NCBI RefSeq assembly: GCF_006345805.1
Contig: NC_043017.1
Coordinates: 8,246,001 to 8,310,000, forward strand
Direction of reading: 5' to 3'
Length of the DNA stretch: 64,000 bases
Source: Octopus sinensis
Lineage: Eukaryota
Numbering within the stretch: the stretch's first letter is position 1; each line of letters begins with the position of its first letter. A model generated the notes under the pieces. The model saw only the letters and a list, made by a program, of their open reading frames with translations. It was not told where the DNA came from and did no database searches. The translations under genes were made by a program, and so were the position numbers. Positions 25,801-40,300 of the stretch are shown one piece after another.

Positions 25801-27510
25801 TCGGTCAACATAGCAATTCTTGTGATATCGATGGCATTGAAGATCTTCGAGAAAAGATGAAAGCTGAGAACAGTCTGGTGGTTATTGGCGGGGCAGATGA
25901 CAATTTACGGGTTTCAAGGGCCAAAAAGAAGCAAGAAGGAATCACACAGTGCACAGTTGATAGGTACATTTTGGTAAGTATGCTCCTCTGATGATTGCTG
26001 TTGCTTCTTTTTCTCTTCGTCTTCCTCCTCCTTGTTGATGTTGTTCTCCTTCATCAGCCCTAGGTCAAGTCTAGCTCTGCTGACCTATAGCATTTGCATT
26101 GTTTAATTGCCCTTGTAGGTCACATTTAAAGGTCCAGTAACCCAGATCTATTGTACCTCAGCTGAGTATGGGACCATACTGCTCACTCTGGTATGCAGTG
26201 GTTTATTGTGTGATGGTCTGGGCAAGAATTGCTTTGGCCAGGGTCAACCATTTCAGTAGCAGACTCCTGATCTTCAATCTTGAATTCAGATAAACTGCGT
26301 CTAGCACATTACGTTATCTAATACATCCATTACTTTGCTTACATGTTTACTGACCATTTCCTATCTCAAACTGTCGCTTTATAATAAGACTATTAACCAG
26401 TTCTCCCCTTCCTCCCACCATCAATACTGCTAGCTTCATCTTGTTGAGCTTGCTCAGATTTTGCCTGCCTCAGCAAATAACAAGTACATGGTTTGAATTT
26501 TGCCTATGTATCTACTAGCCATTTTCTTAATGAGGCCTGGCATCTGAAGATCCTTTCTCACCATTCATCCCACGTCTTCTTGGGTCTACCCCTTCCACAA
26601 TTAGAGGTCGGCACTTTATGCAGTTGTCCCCAGCCATACATATTCGTAGCCTCACCCATAAAAACAATGGATTACAGGGAAAGATAACAAAACTTATTTA
26701 TTTTCAGGATGAGGTATCCGAGTTCCTTGGCAGTGTTTTGTCGCAATCTGTATCTCAAACGGAAAATGCCGAACTGATAGACATTGATCTGAAGAAAAAG
26801 AAACGCCGCAAAGTTTCTCGTGAAGCTGCTTCTTCAGTCAACATGGAAGCGTTGTCTTACAGCAGCAACAAGTTCTCGGTTCGGTCTGAGGTGAGTTAGA
26901 CACATCACTTAGAGGAAGTCTGCTTGCTTTACCCCTCCATCTACCTTGTAATGTCAGCTGTGTCCTTGACTGATGATGCATACGTGATGGAATGTGGCCA
27001 ATTCGCTGCTGTTTGGCTTTTAAGGACGAAAGGCGAATGCAAGGAGCAAGATTTTTGGTGTTGTAAGAATACAAAATTCAAAGAGCTTTCATCTCTGATA
27101 CAGAAATATCACTTCAACATTTGAAGTATCCTGGAAAAACAAGCAGGATACTTCAAATTTGAATATTTAAATTATTGAAAACTGAATGAAACTTTTAACC
27201 TGTTAAACATTTTTTTTTTAATATTTAAAAAAGCAAAAAAAAAAACATTGATAATTCCATTTTCTTTCTAAAAGTAAAATACATGCAGCAGTTCTATTTT
27301 ATGTTTTTCTCCTCATTATCATATTTTATTCTATAGGTCATTTAAAACACTTATTTTTTATTTCTCTGTGCATAGGCGCAGGAGTGGCTGTGTGGTAAGT
27401 AGCTTCCTTACCAACCACATGGTTCCGGGTTCTACTATAGCCTCGGGCCGACCAAAGCCTTGTGAATGGATTTGGTAGATGGAAACTGAAAGAAGCCCGT
27501 CGTATATATG

Positions 27511-27541
<31 letters not shown>

Positions 27542-30500
27542 ATATGTTTGTGAGTCTGTATTTGTTCCCCCCAACATCGCTTGACAAACGATGCTGGTGT
27601 GTTTACATCTCCGTAACTTAGCGGTTCGGCAAAAGAGACCGATAGAATAAGTACTAGGCTTACAAAGAATAAGTCCTAGAGTCGATTTGCTCGACTAAAG
27701 GTGGTGCTCCAGCATGGCCGCAGTCAAATGACTGAAATAAGTAAAAGAGAAAAAGAGTAAAGACCATGATCTGTTCTGCATGCATGATTAAAAAGTTTGC
27801 TTTCCAACTCACTGTCTGACACTTTGAGCAACTGTCTGTTATTATATCCTTGGGTTGACAAATGCCTTGTAAGTGGATTTGATAACGGAAACTGAGAGAA
27901 GCCTGTTGTGTATATATGTGTGCGTGTGTGAATGGGAGTGTGTCAGTACTTGTGTCTCTTTGACTTGACATTGGGACATGATGGTTGTAAGTGAATGTCA
28001 TTTATTGGCAATATTCTGTGAAAATGTCCAGTCATGGGAGAGATATCAGCCTCTTTGGAAACAGGTGAGGGTTGGTGACAGGAAGGGCATCCATTCGTAG
28101 AAAATTTGCTTCAATAAACTCTGAGTAGACATAAAATGATGGTGATGATCATGAGTCCTTATTTGCTAAGGAAAAATCAGTTCTAGCAGTTTTATATGAA
28201 TTGCAATTAGCTGAAGAATATGGTAAGAAAAATTCTACTCCCAGATGTATTACTGGATGGTTCTTTACATTGTAGATCTTGGTATAACACTTGCTTGATA
28301 TTTCCTATTAAGGTGCTAGACTGAATGTCCCTTACTACATTGTTAAAACTAGGGCTGTAGAGTCAAAACAAGAAACTTCGACTCTGGCTCCTCTACTATT
28401 AGCATCTCCGACTCTGACTCCTGTGTATGTAATTAAGTGATTGTGGTCTACATAACTTATAAAGAATACTCTTGTACCTTGAGTCAACCTGTATGTTATA
28501 ATTGGTTTATGTTCAAGAATAAAGACATTGTGAGTCAGAGTCAGTAAAACTATACTGACTCTGACTCCAACTTCAACTACCTCTTAATTGTTTTTGACTC
28601 TGGCTCTACAGCTTCTGGTTAAAACACTGGAGTATGTCCCTTATAACTTTGAAATTTTGTTTCTTTAAATTCAAAGTTCACTTTGTATAAGGGAGCATCA
28701 ACTTTACCCCATCTTTCAGGGATAGATAAAATCTATCTCTAGCAGATGATTGGGATCTGTCAGATAGACCTCAAGATAGGTTATGTATTGGAACCAGTCC
28801 AATCACCTATAATTCCAAATAATTGCAAGTTCTTCACCTTTTGCTAATATTGAGTTAGATCTATCTACATTCTCAGTTCAAATCCCTCCGAGGGTTTTTA
28901 AAAATTTTTTCCATTATTCAAGGTTCTATAAAATAAAGTATCAGTCATACACTCAATGGTGGTGGTGGAGGGGATAATCTCATCAACTATTCCCCTCTCC
29001 CTCTCTTTGCCACATACGTTTTGTACCTATGTCAGAAGTCACTTTTACTGATATCATTGTTTCCCTTGAGGCAAATGAAGAAAATAGAGAGTTTATTGAA
29101 TTTATGGTTCCTTATTGGAAAAATTAATTTTTATTATCAAAGGCTATGGTAAGTAGCTTAATGGCATCCTATTAGTATGATGTATGTGATATCTCATTGT
29201 ATAAAGTTTTCTGATAAGTCATTGGTATAAGACTATGAGATATCTGTTTGGCATGAGGCAGGCAGTGTGATATCTCATTGGTGTGAAGCAGTGTGATATC
29301 TCAGTTAGTATGAAGCTATGTGATTTCCCATTGGTACAGGGCTATGTGATATTTCATTGGTGTGAATCTATGTAATATTTCATTGGTATGGAGTTATGTG
29401 ATATCTCTATGATATATGAAGTTGTGTGATATCTTACTGAAAGAAGATTTTGTGTTGTTTCATTGGTTTGGGGCTATTGGTACAAAGCCATGTAATATCA
29501 CATTGGTATGGGACTATTTTACGTATCATTGTTATGTGACTATATGATATCCTTTTCATACAATGCATGAGGTTCCACCATGTCTGATCGGTACAAGGTC
29601 ATGATTCATCATTATGAAGTTTTATCTCCCAAAGTTAAGTATCTCATTAGGATGATATACAAAATTGTGATAGCTCATTGATATATGATTGTTGGATATC
29701 ACATCAGTAGCATCTCATTTGTTCAAGATATAGCTATCCCATAGATGCAGATGTGGCTAAGAAGTTTGCTTCCCAACCACATGGTTTCTGGTTCAGTTCT
29801 ACTGCATGGCACCTTGGGCAAGTGTTTTTTACTAAAACCCTGGCTCAACCAAAGCCTTGTTAATAGAATTGGCAGGTGGAAACTGAAAGAAGCTCATTGT
29901 GTGTGTGTAAGTTTATGTTTCCTTGTCTTGACATTGTGTGATAATTGTAAATGAGTGTCACTGTCATACAAGCGGTGTTATAAATTTTAGATATGCTGCA
30001 AAAACACATCTGGTGATGGGGAAATATTACTTCACTTGGAAAGAGATGAGGGTTGGTGACAGGAAGGGCGTCTGGCCATAGAAAATCTGCCTTAATGATC
30101 CATGCAAGTAAGGAAAAATAGGCATTGAAACTATAATAATGGCTATAATGTCTCATTGGCAAGGATTCTAAGGGAGTGAGTCAGTCCCCCTCCAGCTTGA
30201 CAGGACCAGTTGACCATGGTTTCTGGGTCTTGTCATCAGTACTGGATACCTGCTTGCTAGACATGTTAATAATTTCAGAAGTTTAAGAAGGGCATCCAGC
30301 TGTAAAAGCCATGCCAAAACAGACAGTTTGGAGACTAGTGCAGCTCTCCAGCTTGCCAGGTCCTGCCAAACCGTTCAACCCATGCAAGCATGGAAAACGG
30401 ATATAAACTGATGAGAAGGAGGAAGAATGTGACATTGGTGACATGCCATCTGTAAGAAGTTATGTGATATCTCATCCATGCAAAGTGTGATATGCAAGCC

Positions 30501-33500
30501 TGTGATATCACATTGTTGCAAGGTTACAAGAGAGATTTCTCTTGGCGACATCGACAAGAATTCTTTTTTTTTTTATCCCCCAAGAGCCCTTACTGTAAGT
30601 CTACAGTGTGATATCCAAACCACACAAACCTCTGAGTTTCCCATAACTAAGAAGGCAGCTATTTATGTTCTAATTTGGGGCATTAAGGATTTCCCCCTCA
30701 AGTCTGATTGCCTGAATTCACTGAAATACATTTCATTGTGTAAATTTTCTGTATTCTCTCTTTTGTGTTGATTCCCAAATAATAACTGACTTTAATACTT
30801 ATATCAATCATTTTTTTCCCCTTTTATCCTTCATAAACTGCAGCATTTATGTTTTTTACTTTGTTTTTTCCCTGTGTTTTTTCTTTTCTGTTATTCTAAA
30901 CAATTTCAAATTTATACAAAATTTGTAAAAAAGAAAAATGTTAATAAAACAAATAGCTATATTTTCAGAAATTAGTTATGAAGTTTTTTCTTAAACAAAA
31001 AGTTATTGAAAATTTACACAAATATACCAGTTAGCTGCACACACTGTGCTTTATTGGATTGCATTTCTGGTACACGTACCTCAGCTTGCTCTCTTTCTCT
31101 CAGTTTCTCTCTGTTTGTTTGTCTGTCTCTCTCTCTGGTCCTGTTTGGTAAACCCTGGATATTACTGTCCCAAGTCCTAGAACTCATCACACTAATTACT
31201 AGATTTCTATGCTATGTCAGTGACCAAGATCACAACACTCCTTGAGCAGCACCAGTCCATTGCAGGGTCACCCATGCCAGCATAAAGTGTAGATAGAAAA
31301 TGGTGATGGTGGTGCTGAATTTGTTGAAATCTTCGAGTGACTAAATACTGTAAAAAGTATGGTGTCCTGTCCAGGGTTGAGATGTGTCAGTTGTTCAGTA
31401 TGTGATAGCCTGAGCCAACAAGACAGAAAGAGACAAAGATAAACTCTAGCAGTCAATCAAGCAGTTAGAAATAGGTACTAAATCTCTTCCTCAAATCACT
31501 CCATACTATCTTTTGTTTATATATATATATGTATATAAAGGATGCGTTGAGCAATGAATTTTTGGATCTACAAGGGTCTGCTCGATCAGATCTATCAAGA
31601 CTAACATGCTGCTAAACAACAACACAGTACATGGTAACTGGTCTAAGGTGGTTCCATTCTAAAACTGACAAACACATAAAAAAAATAATACATAAATAAG
31701 CAAAACCGAACCCAACAGAATACTTACTTGAGTATCATTGACTCAGACATGGTCTGCATTGTTGTGTGACACTTAATTTTCAACATCTCCTTCAACCAAG
31801 CTGTAAATAAATTCCATTAAAATGGTGTAGTGGTAGCATAGTCCAATGACGAAAAATTAATAAAAAGATATGTATATACACATCTGCACACTGTCTCAGA
31901 CTTGCCATGTAAACAGACATCTTAAATTTGGTATTGTATATTTTTTCTTACATCTTGCCTCTCTTATTCCTTTATCTTCACTTTTATGAAGTGTATCACC
32001 TGAAGTATTTTACTTCTCTTTCTTCCTCTGGAATATTTATCTTTGTTGTACACTTATTTGATTGTTGCTTTTTCACTTTGTATTTCTACACTTTTTAATC
32101 TCATGTGCTTTCTCCTTTTAGCCTCATAATCTTACTCATGTTATTTTGTGATTTCTATTACTCTGTCTCTGTGTGTGTATGTTTTCTCTATTTTCTTTAT
32201 GATTTATTAGAATTTGTGGGTGGGGCAAGGTTTCAGTATTTTAACCCTTTTGCTACCAACCTGCATGAAACCACCCTTTGTTTAACGATACAAACTTCCA
32301 ATTTTAAAACGATCCAAAGTAAAAACACTCTGCAAAATTCTATATTATTTTACGTCCCAAACACCAGCTCAATAACGACAAAGTTATTTTATGAAATTCT
32401 TCAATATTTTCAAAATTAATTAATTAAGCAAAGGCAGTAATATTTCCACAGAAATATGGTAAGAAAAGGCTTAAAGTGATCTAAATTACTTGTGTTAATT
32501 TATGTTCCAAACACCAACTAAATAATGACAAACTTATTTTGCTAAATTCCTCAATATTTTCAAGATAAATTGCAGCAAAAATAGTTTATTGCAACAGAAA
32601 TACCAACCCACCTGAGATTGCCCCTAGTTCAGTGATACAAAGTCCCTGTTTTAAAGGGATGTAAATTAAAACCTTCCTTCAAACAAAGCCCAGCTTAATA
32701 ATGACAGAGTTATTTAAGTAACCTCTTCATTATTTTCAAAATTGGATCTTTCCACAGTTCTATAGACTCATAGGTCTGGTTTCCTGTCACAGGATTAAAT
32801 GAGATTTTTATCAGCTGAGTGGACTGGAGCAACATGAAATGAAGTGTTTTGCTCAAGAACACACACTGTCCAGTCCAAGAATCGAAACCACAATCTTACA
32901 ATCATGAATTCAATACCCTGACCACTAAGCTCTACACTTCAAAATTAATTGAAACAAAAGCAGTTTATTGCAACAGAAAGGTGGTAACAAAAGGGTTAAT
33001 AATGTTTCTTTGTAAATTGTAATAATGGTAAGAATTACTAAACCTTTACTGTGCTCTGTTTATTTCTCTTCTTAAAACAGTGTTCACAAGAATTACCTTT
33101 GCTTTCCACATGTCAACAGCTTGATTCTTCCAAAAATTGGTGAAATTTTTTTTAGCCATCTTTTTTTTTTCTCAAAAGCCCCATGTGGTCCTTTTTTTTG
33201 TGTGTTTTTCTTGCTTTATTTGTTGCTGTTCTTGTTGAGGTTTCATGGAAAAAAGTTTTTTTTATATAAATCTTATATTTATTCAGTGTTGTCAGAAAAC
33301 AGTTTCATTTATTTGCTTCCGTTATTTCTCTGAAGAATGACTCTTTCAAAATATTAGAATGACAAGTGCATGTGGTTGAATATTCCACAAATACAACAGT
33401 TGTGTCTTAAATATAATTCACAGGCACAGTCAGTGTTTGAGGTTGACCCTTTGAGTTGCAGGTGCAGTCTATATACATATACACATGCTGAGCACTATAT

Positions 33501-33509
33501 GTATTTATG

Positions 33510-33544
<35 letters not shown>

Positions 33545-33916
33545 TCAGTCATTTGACTGCAGCCATGTTGGGCTACTACCTTGAAGAATTTTAATTGAAT
33601 AAATCAACCCCAGGACTTATTTTAAGCCTAGCACTTATTCTATTGGTCTCTTTTGCCGAACCGCTAAGTTATGGGGATGTGAATACACCAACACTGGTTA
33701 AGTGGTGGTGGGTACAAATACAGACACAAAAACACACACCCACATAGATATATACATAATATATACTCAACAGGCTTCTTTCTACCAAATCTGCTCCCAA
33801 GGCTTTGGTCAGCTCAAGGCTATAGTAGAAGATACTTGCTCAAGGTGCCATGCAGTGGGACTGAACCTGGAACCATGCAGTTGAGAAGCAAGCTTCTTAC
33901 TACACAGCCATACCTG

Positions 33917-33955
<39 letters not shown>

Positions 33956-34020
33956 GTATATACATATACACACACACAATTTATCATGTATATATATGTA
34001 TTAGACTGTACCTATGAACG

Positions 34021-34061
<41 letters not shown>

Positions 34062-34295
34062 GTGTGTGTGTGTGTGTATGTATATGAGTGTGTGTATAAA
34101 TATGTATATGAAGAGATATGTATGATGATACATGTGTCGTATACTTAATGTATGTGCTGTTAAATGTTTTTAGGCTCCATATTTTGTCCAAGGAAGACAA
34201 AAGGCGTTTAACAATACACATACATTATGTGACATTGATAATGTTACATTATAGAACTGCTTTTAACCCAATATTTGAATACTCACACTATAGAT

Positions 34296-34330
<35 letters not shown>

Positions 34331-37300
34331 AAAGTGGCTGAGGTTTAGATTAAGAGTACAGGTACAGATATTTGTCGTACCCTTAATGTAAATCCCATGC
34401 AAATTTTGACGCAGCTGGACATACAAATGCTTTCCATCTAACTGGATTTTATACTGTTCTTCTGTTTCCCAAATTCCACTCACAAGGCCTGAATTGACCC
34501 AAGGCTATGGCAGTAGATGACACATTCCCAAGGTGCCATGCACTGGGATCAAGCCTGGAACCCCATGACTGCTGCATCGGTGATTTTATTCACTTCTGGG
34601 TGAGATGTTGTTGAAGGAGTTGTCAGCCCCTGACAATATTTTTTTTGATTAGGATTTGAAGCTGTTTCACTTCCCTTGTGGAAAATTAATACCTGAAAAA
34701 TAGTAGCCTTCTCTCTCTCCCAAATGATTAACTCTCTGAGGTGAGAATGCATTCATCCACGATAAGGATGAGTAAACCATTATTTATTCAGCAAGTACAA
34801 GGAAAGATGTTCTTTGCTGAAGATGTCAGGTTAATGCCAAAACATGTCCAGAGTTGTCTCCCATGCTTGCTAGGGAAAAGAAGAATACTATTAGTCATTT
34901 ACTAGGTTTTTTGTCTTTTTCATTATTGAGCGAACGATTGGGAAAATCACCTAACTATCTACTTTAACGTATCCAGTTTTGTGCCTCAAGTCAGTTGGTA
35001 CACGTAGGGAACAGTCAGTAAATTAGGTATCAGTGGTTACAATAGCAATTAATTGATTGCACACCATTCCTTTACCAAAGAAAGGCATTTTTTTGTAACC
35101 AAAAAAAAATTTGTCCATTTTATTCACGCGCAGACATAGACAAGTGTGTGTGTGTGGAGGGGAGTATGTAAATTTTGATATTAATGTACTTTTAGTATAA
35201 ATTAGATTGAATAAAAATTATTTCTAGTTTGTGTTTTTTTGCTTTCTTTCTCTTTCTGTTTTCTTTTATTTTTTAATTTCTATTAACAGATTTAATGACT
35301 AGCAATTTTCCTTCATTAGATTAACATTGATTTTTTTTGTTTATATTATCATTCTCATTACCACATACTACTACTGCCACTACTACTACTAATCCTACCA
35401 TTAATATTTGACTATTTTTCCAGATGTTTCCAAATAATTTATTTATTTTATTTTCTCTCTCTCAGTAATTTGCAGAAATAATTATCAGGTTATTCACAAA
35501 TGCATTTCAAGACTTTTTTTTTTAACTAATTATCAATCACTTTTTTGTATATTTGTAAATTCATCTATGTGCTTTTTTTTCCCCGCTTTTTCTTCTTTCT
35601 GTTTCAATGTCGGCTATATACTCCTTGTCTTCTACAAAGTTCTGGCCAACACTCAGTCATACATGATAAAGTTGCACAGTAACTGACCTCCTTTTCACAC
35701 CTTTTAAAAGTTTTAATTTGTTAAAGCAAAAGAAAAAAAAACTTTTTCCAAGTTTCTGTGTTTTAATCATTGGATTTAATAATCATAGGTTAAAAAAAAA
35801 TAATCACAAATTCTGTTGATCTTGTCTTAAAATATCTCATGATTTGAACTGGGAATGTAGAATATTAAAATTGACGTTTAATCTAGTCTAATTAGTTTTC
35901 TCATTTCGCATTTTGCGTTTTAACTCATGAAATAAACACCTGTTTCTTTTATTGCGACCGATTTTGTAACATGTCTCAACTCTTCAAAAGATAATTGGCC
36001 TTTTACATACATACATACATACATTTTATATATATATATATAAATAAGGATAATATCAATATTTAAATATCGATCTTATCAAGTAGCCAGCATGGGAATA
36101 AATACCATACAAAGGTAATAATTATTTAAAACTATAAATTAGGGTATCTGAGAGATACCACCATACTGACCCTAAAGCCACTTTGTGGTTTTAGGGTCAG
36201 GGTTTTGACTGCTATTTCAATATGGTGGTATCTCTCAGGTACCCTAATTTATAGTTTTATATATATATAATGGCTGTGTGGTAAGAAGCTTGATTCCACA
36301 CCACATATTTCCGGGTTCAGTCCCACTCTGCAAGTGTAGTGGGTGCTATTTATGTGCCAAAGGCATGATAGTCAGTCAGGCGGCACTGGCATCAGCCACG
36401 TTCGGATAGTGCTTTTTGCGTGCTACCAGCTTTTTACATGTCACTGGCACAAGGAGCCAGTCAGGTGGCACTGGCAACAACCCACACCTGACTGGTGCTT
36501 ATTGCATGCCACCAGCACGGGAGCCAGTCAGGCGGAACTGACATGAGTCACAACTACAATTTCCATAATCATGTCAATATATATTTATATGTTTATTTAT
36601 ATTTATATTTATTTATATATATATTTATTTATACATATATATTTATTTATATTAGTTTCGGTAAGATAGAATTATTTAATATTTAATATCTAATTCTTAT
36701 GCTTTCCTTAAAACTTGATTTTGAAACGTACGTCCGTGGATAACTAAAAAAATGTATGATAGATTGCAGTCAATTCATTCTCTCTTACCTGTTTGTGTCT
36801 GCCTTCCAAATTCTGTTTTTACTGAGATCTCCCTTTTTAGTAGAAGAAATAGCTATAACCCTTTGACTGCTATTTCTAAATTCGGTATGTGGTAAGGCAA
36901 CTCGTTGCTAAACCCTTATTGCTTAGTATATATTTATTTATGTATATATATGTACATATGAAAGAAGGTTTGAAAATGCAATTTTAAAGATGCTTATTCA
37001 CTTGACCGGTTTCACTTTTTTAGAAAATGATTGTCAAAAGTAAAATGTAAAGCTTTGTATAAGCTTTGTGTTAGGTACTGGTTGTCACAAAAGTATTAAA
37101 ATACAAATGTGCATTCTTTTTTAATAATAAGAGAATTTTAAAAACAGTTTACAAGAAAGTATTTAAGAAAATATTCAACAAAAAGTATTAGTTCAATAAA
37201 AATCATGTTTGTTTGGTAGTATATATATACACAGAAGGAGATATATTTAAGAGTTTAAAAAGAATTCAAGAGGAACCAACCTGTCTTTCTGGCATTTTTT

Positions 37301-40300
37301 ATTTTGTGTGTAGCTAAGGATTGTTTGCTATTTTAAGGGACAGTGTGGGAGGTTGGTTGGGGTGGGGGAAGGAAGAGCAATGTTTCTGGGCTAGTCTGTC
37401 ATGGTCCAGTGCTTTTTGGGACTGGTCTTAGAGGTGTGAATGTGTGTCTCTGCATGTCTCAATGTGTGTGTATATACATGTGTTTGTGTGTATGGGCTAG
37501 GGTTTATTGTGGCGCATGTAAATGGGTCTGTGTATGTTTTATATTTGGTAGGATGGTGTGTGTGTATATGTGTGCACATGAGTATGTGTTTGTTCGCATG
37601 TATGTATGGGTGCGTGTGTATGTTTGTGTTATAATTGTCCTGGTGTTGTGTATGTGTGTGATTGGTATTTGTCAGGGTGTTGTGTGTGTATGTGTGTGCG
37701 CGTGTATGTGTGTGTGTTTTGTGTTGGTGGGGATGTTATGTGTGTGTGTCTCTGTCTGAGTATGTGTTGTTTTAATTGTCCTTGTGGTGTGTGTAAGGGT
37801 GCATATGTATGTGTGCGTCTGTGTGTGTGCATGTGTATGCTTGTATGTTTTGTGTTGGTGGGGATGTTATGTGTGTGTATTGTGTCTGAGTATGTTTGTG
37901 TTGTTTTAATTGTCCTTGTGGTGTGTGTGAGCAACCATATGTGTGTATAAGTGTGTTGTATTTATCAGGGGTTCTTCCAGTCCCTCTAAGCTTGTTTCTT
38001 TTCCCTAATGGCCCTGTCAACTACATTGTTCCATCACCATGTTACCTTGGGTCGAGAGGGGACTTTGCACCATCCACAGATCTGGTCAGTAGCCCTCAAC
38101 AGGTTGTCGCATGGAAACCTCCAGTTGTCTTCTACATCATGTGATGCTATATCCCCCTCTATTTTGTCAAAAGCTTCAAGTAATATATCTCTAAATCTCT
38201 GTCCATTCGCTGGATCCTTAAACTTCCAGACCCTTCTTCTTCAGTCTGGTTGTCTCCTGGGCATCCATTTAACCCTGATCCTTAAGTTGCTAACTACTCA
38301 TCTATGTTGTGGGGTGCATTCTTCACCTGGGAAGATTTTGGCATTTATAAGTAGCCATCTTTCCCATTTCCTGGCAAGGATGGAGTCAATTTGACTAGTG
38401 TGTCCACCAGAACAGTAAGTGACTAGGTGACTGGCAAGTTTCCTGAAGTTAGTATTACAAACTATAAGATCATTTGCATCATAGAAGTCCAGCAGCCTGG
38501 TTCCCTCCTCATTGCAGGAACCAAAACCATAGCCTCCATGTACGCCATGGAAGCCCCCTGCATGTTGTCCAACATACCCATTGAAGTCGCCATCCAAAAA
38601 GAGAAGATCCCTGTCATTTGTCGACGAGGTAGTCTGCAAGAGGGTATCATAAAATCAGTCTTTCTGTTCATCAGCTAGCTCCGGCTGAGGGGCATAGGTC
38701 GAGATAATGGTTACTAACACATGTTGCAACACTAATCTAATCTTAAGTATTCTATCACAGACTCTGACTACCTCAATTACCTTATCAACCCATTTCTCCG
38801 CAAGAAGTATACCCACGCCCTTGACCCTCCTACCAGTGTTCCCTGCCCAGAAAGTCTTATACCTATGTTCTTTGCCTGTGAGGAACCTAGCAGAACTTCC
38901 TCTCCACCTTACTTCTTGGATGCAGCACAAATCTACACACCTCCGTTCAAGCATTTCAACAATCTCACCAGACTTACCTTTCAGTGTGCCATCTCTGAGG
39001 GTGTGGGAGGTGTGGGCCCATGAGACCCTGGGATGGAGGACAGCAGCCTCATATATGTATATTTATATGCATGTATATATATCTATATATATACACACAC
39101 ACACACATGTATGTGTGTGTGTGTCTGTATATATGTGTGTGTGTGTGTGTATATGGGTGCAGGACGTTACCAACTGTGTAAACAACTTGAAGTACGAAAA
39201 CAAACAAATTTATGCAAACGAGAAAAAATGGGAAACAGGACAAGTAACACAGAATGACCCTTCATCAGTTGTCAGCTGTCTATTTAGTCCTCATTTCGAG
39301 CATTCAACAACAATATAAGTCTTCGAAAACAGTTGCTGCCATTAATTCCAAAATGAAATTTTGGATCCATGGAGGGTCAAAGTTGGGAACAAAAACAGGA
39401 CATTGGAAATATACAAGGAAACTGAACGAAAACAAACATGGAGTGTTGTGAGACCAGAACGAGAAGAAAATAGTGAATGCTGGGAGAAATATTTTTGCTT
39501 GACAATGGGTGATAGTTTGTTTGCATCCCCTGTGACTTAGTTGTTCAGCAAAAGAGACTGATAGAATAATTACCAGGCATAAAAATATAAGTATTAGGGT
39601 TGATTTGTTTGGCTAAACCCTTCAAGGTGGTGCCCCTGCATGGCCACAGTCAAATGATTACACACACACACACGTGTGTGTGTGTGAGTGAGTGTATATT
39701 CTGGTTTCACTACATTGCTCTATGTTGTAAGAGGCAACTAAAAGAATTGATGGTAGGAAGGAACAGCTGGGTGTAAACCACTACCTCAGAAAAGCTTTCC
39801 AACCTCTGCCAATGGGAAAAAATAATAATAACTGGGGCATAAAATGATAGCTATTCATGGCAGTGCTCCAGTATGATCGCAGTCCAATAACAAACAAGTA
39901 AAAGGAAAAAGCATAAACATGAAGGTTCCTATTCATGAAAAATTTTATGACAAAAGGATTACCATGAATATTCATTTTCTATTATAATGGCATTTTAATT
40001 TTAAAACTTTCCTGTCTACAATTTTCTGTTCACACAATTTAATTTTTTTCCCCCCTTCTTGCCTTCCATTTAAATGAACTGATGAGTTAGAAAATAAAAA
40101 CAAATTTGTTCATTAATTGAAATATATGCTTTTGTTTTTTTTGTTTTGTTTTCTCTAAATGACTTTCCAGTGCTTTTAATGTATAAAAGGTATGTGTGTT
40201 TCATTAAGTTTTTCAGACTCTTTGGGGATTTTTTGTTGTTTTTTTTTTTTTACTGTAGAAGCAAATTTTAGCAAACCTATTATGGCTCAGCATTTACATA

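Noticed and set aside
26968-27100. TGATGA...CTGA, possible box C/D snoRNA in intron 12
   Set aside because: Box C lacks the leading purine, there is no terminal stem, and I recognise no rRNA guide
39252-39305. - strand GAAA...CUGAUGA with an 8-bp stem II (type II hammerhead topology)
   Set aside because: Stems I and III cannot be formed around any UH triplet in this copy
38008-39318. + strand ORFs of 128 and 203 aa
   Set aside because: Antisense shadows of the - strand RTE endonuclease fragment
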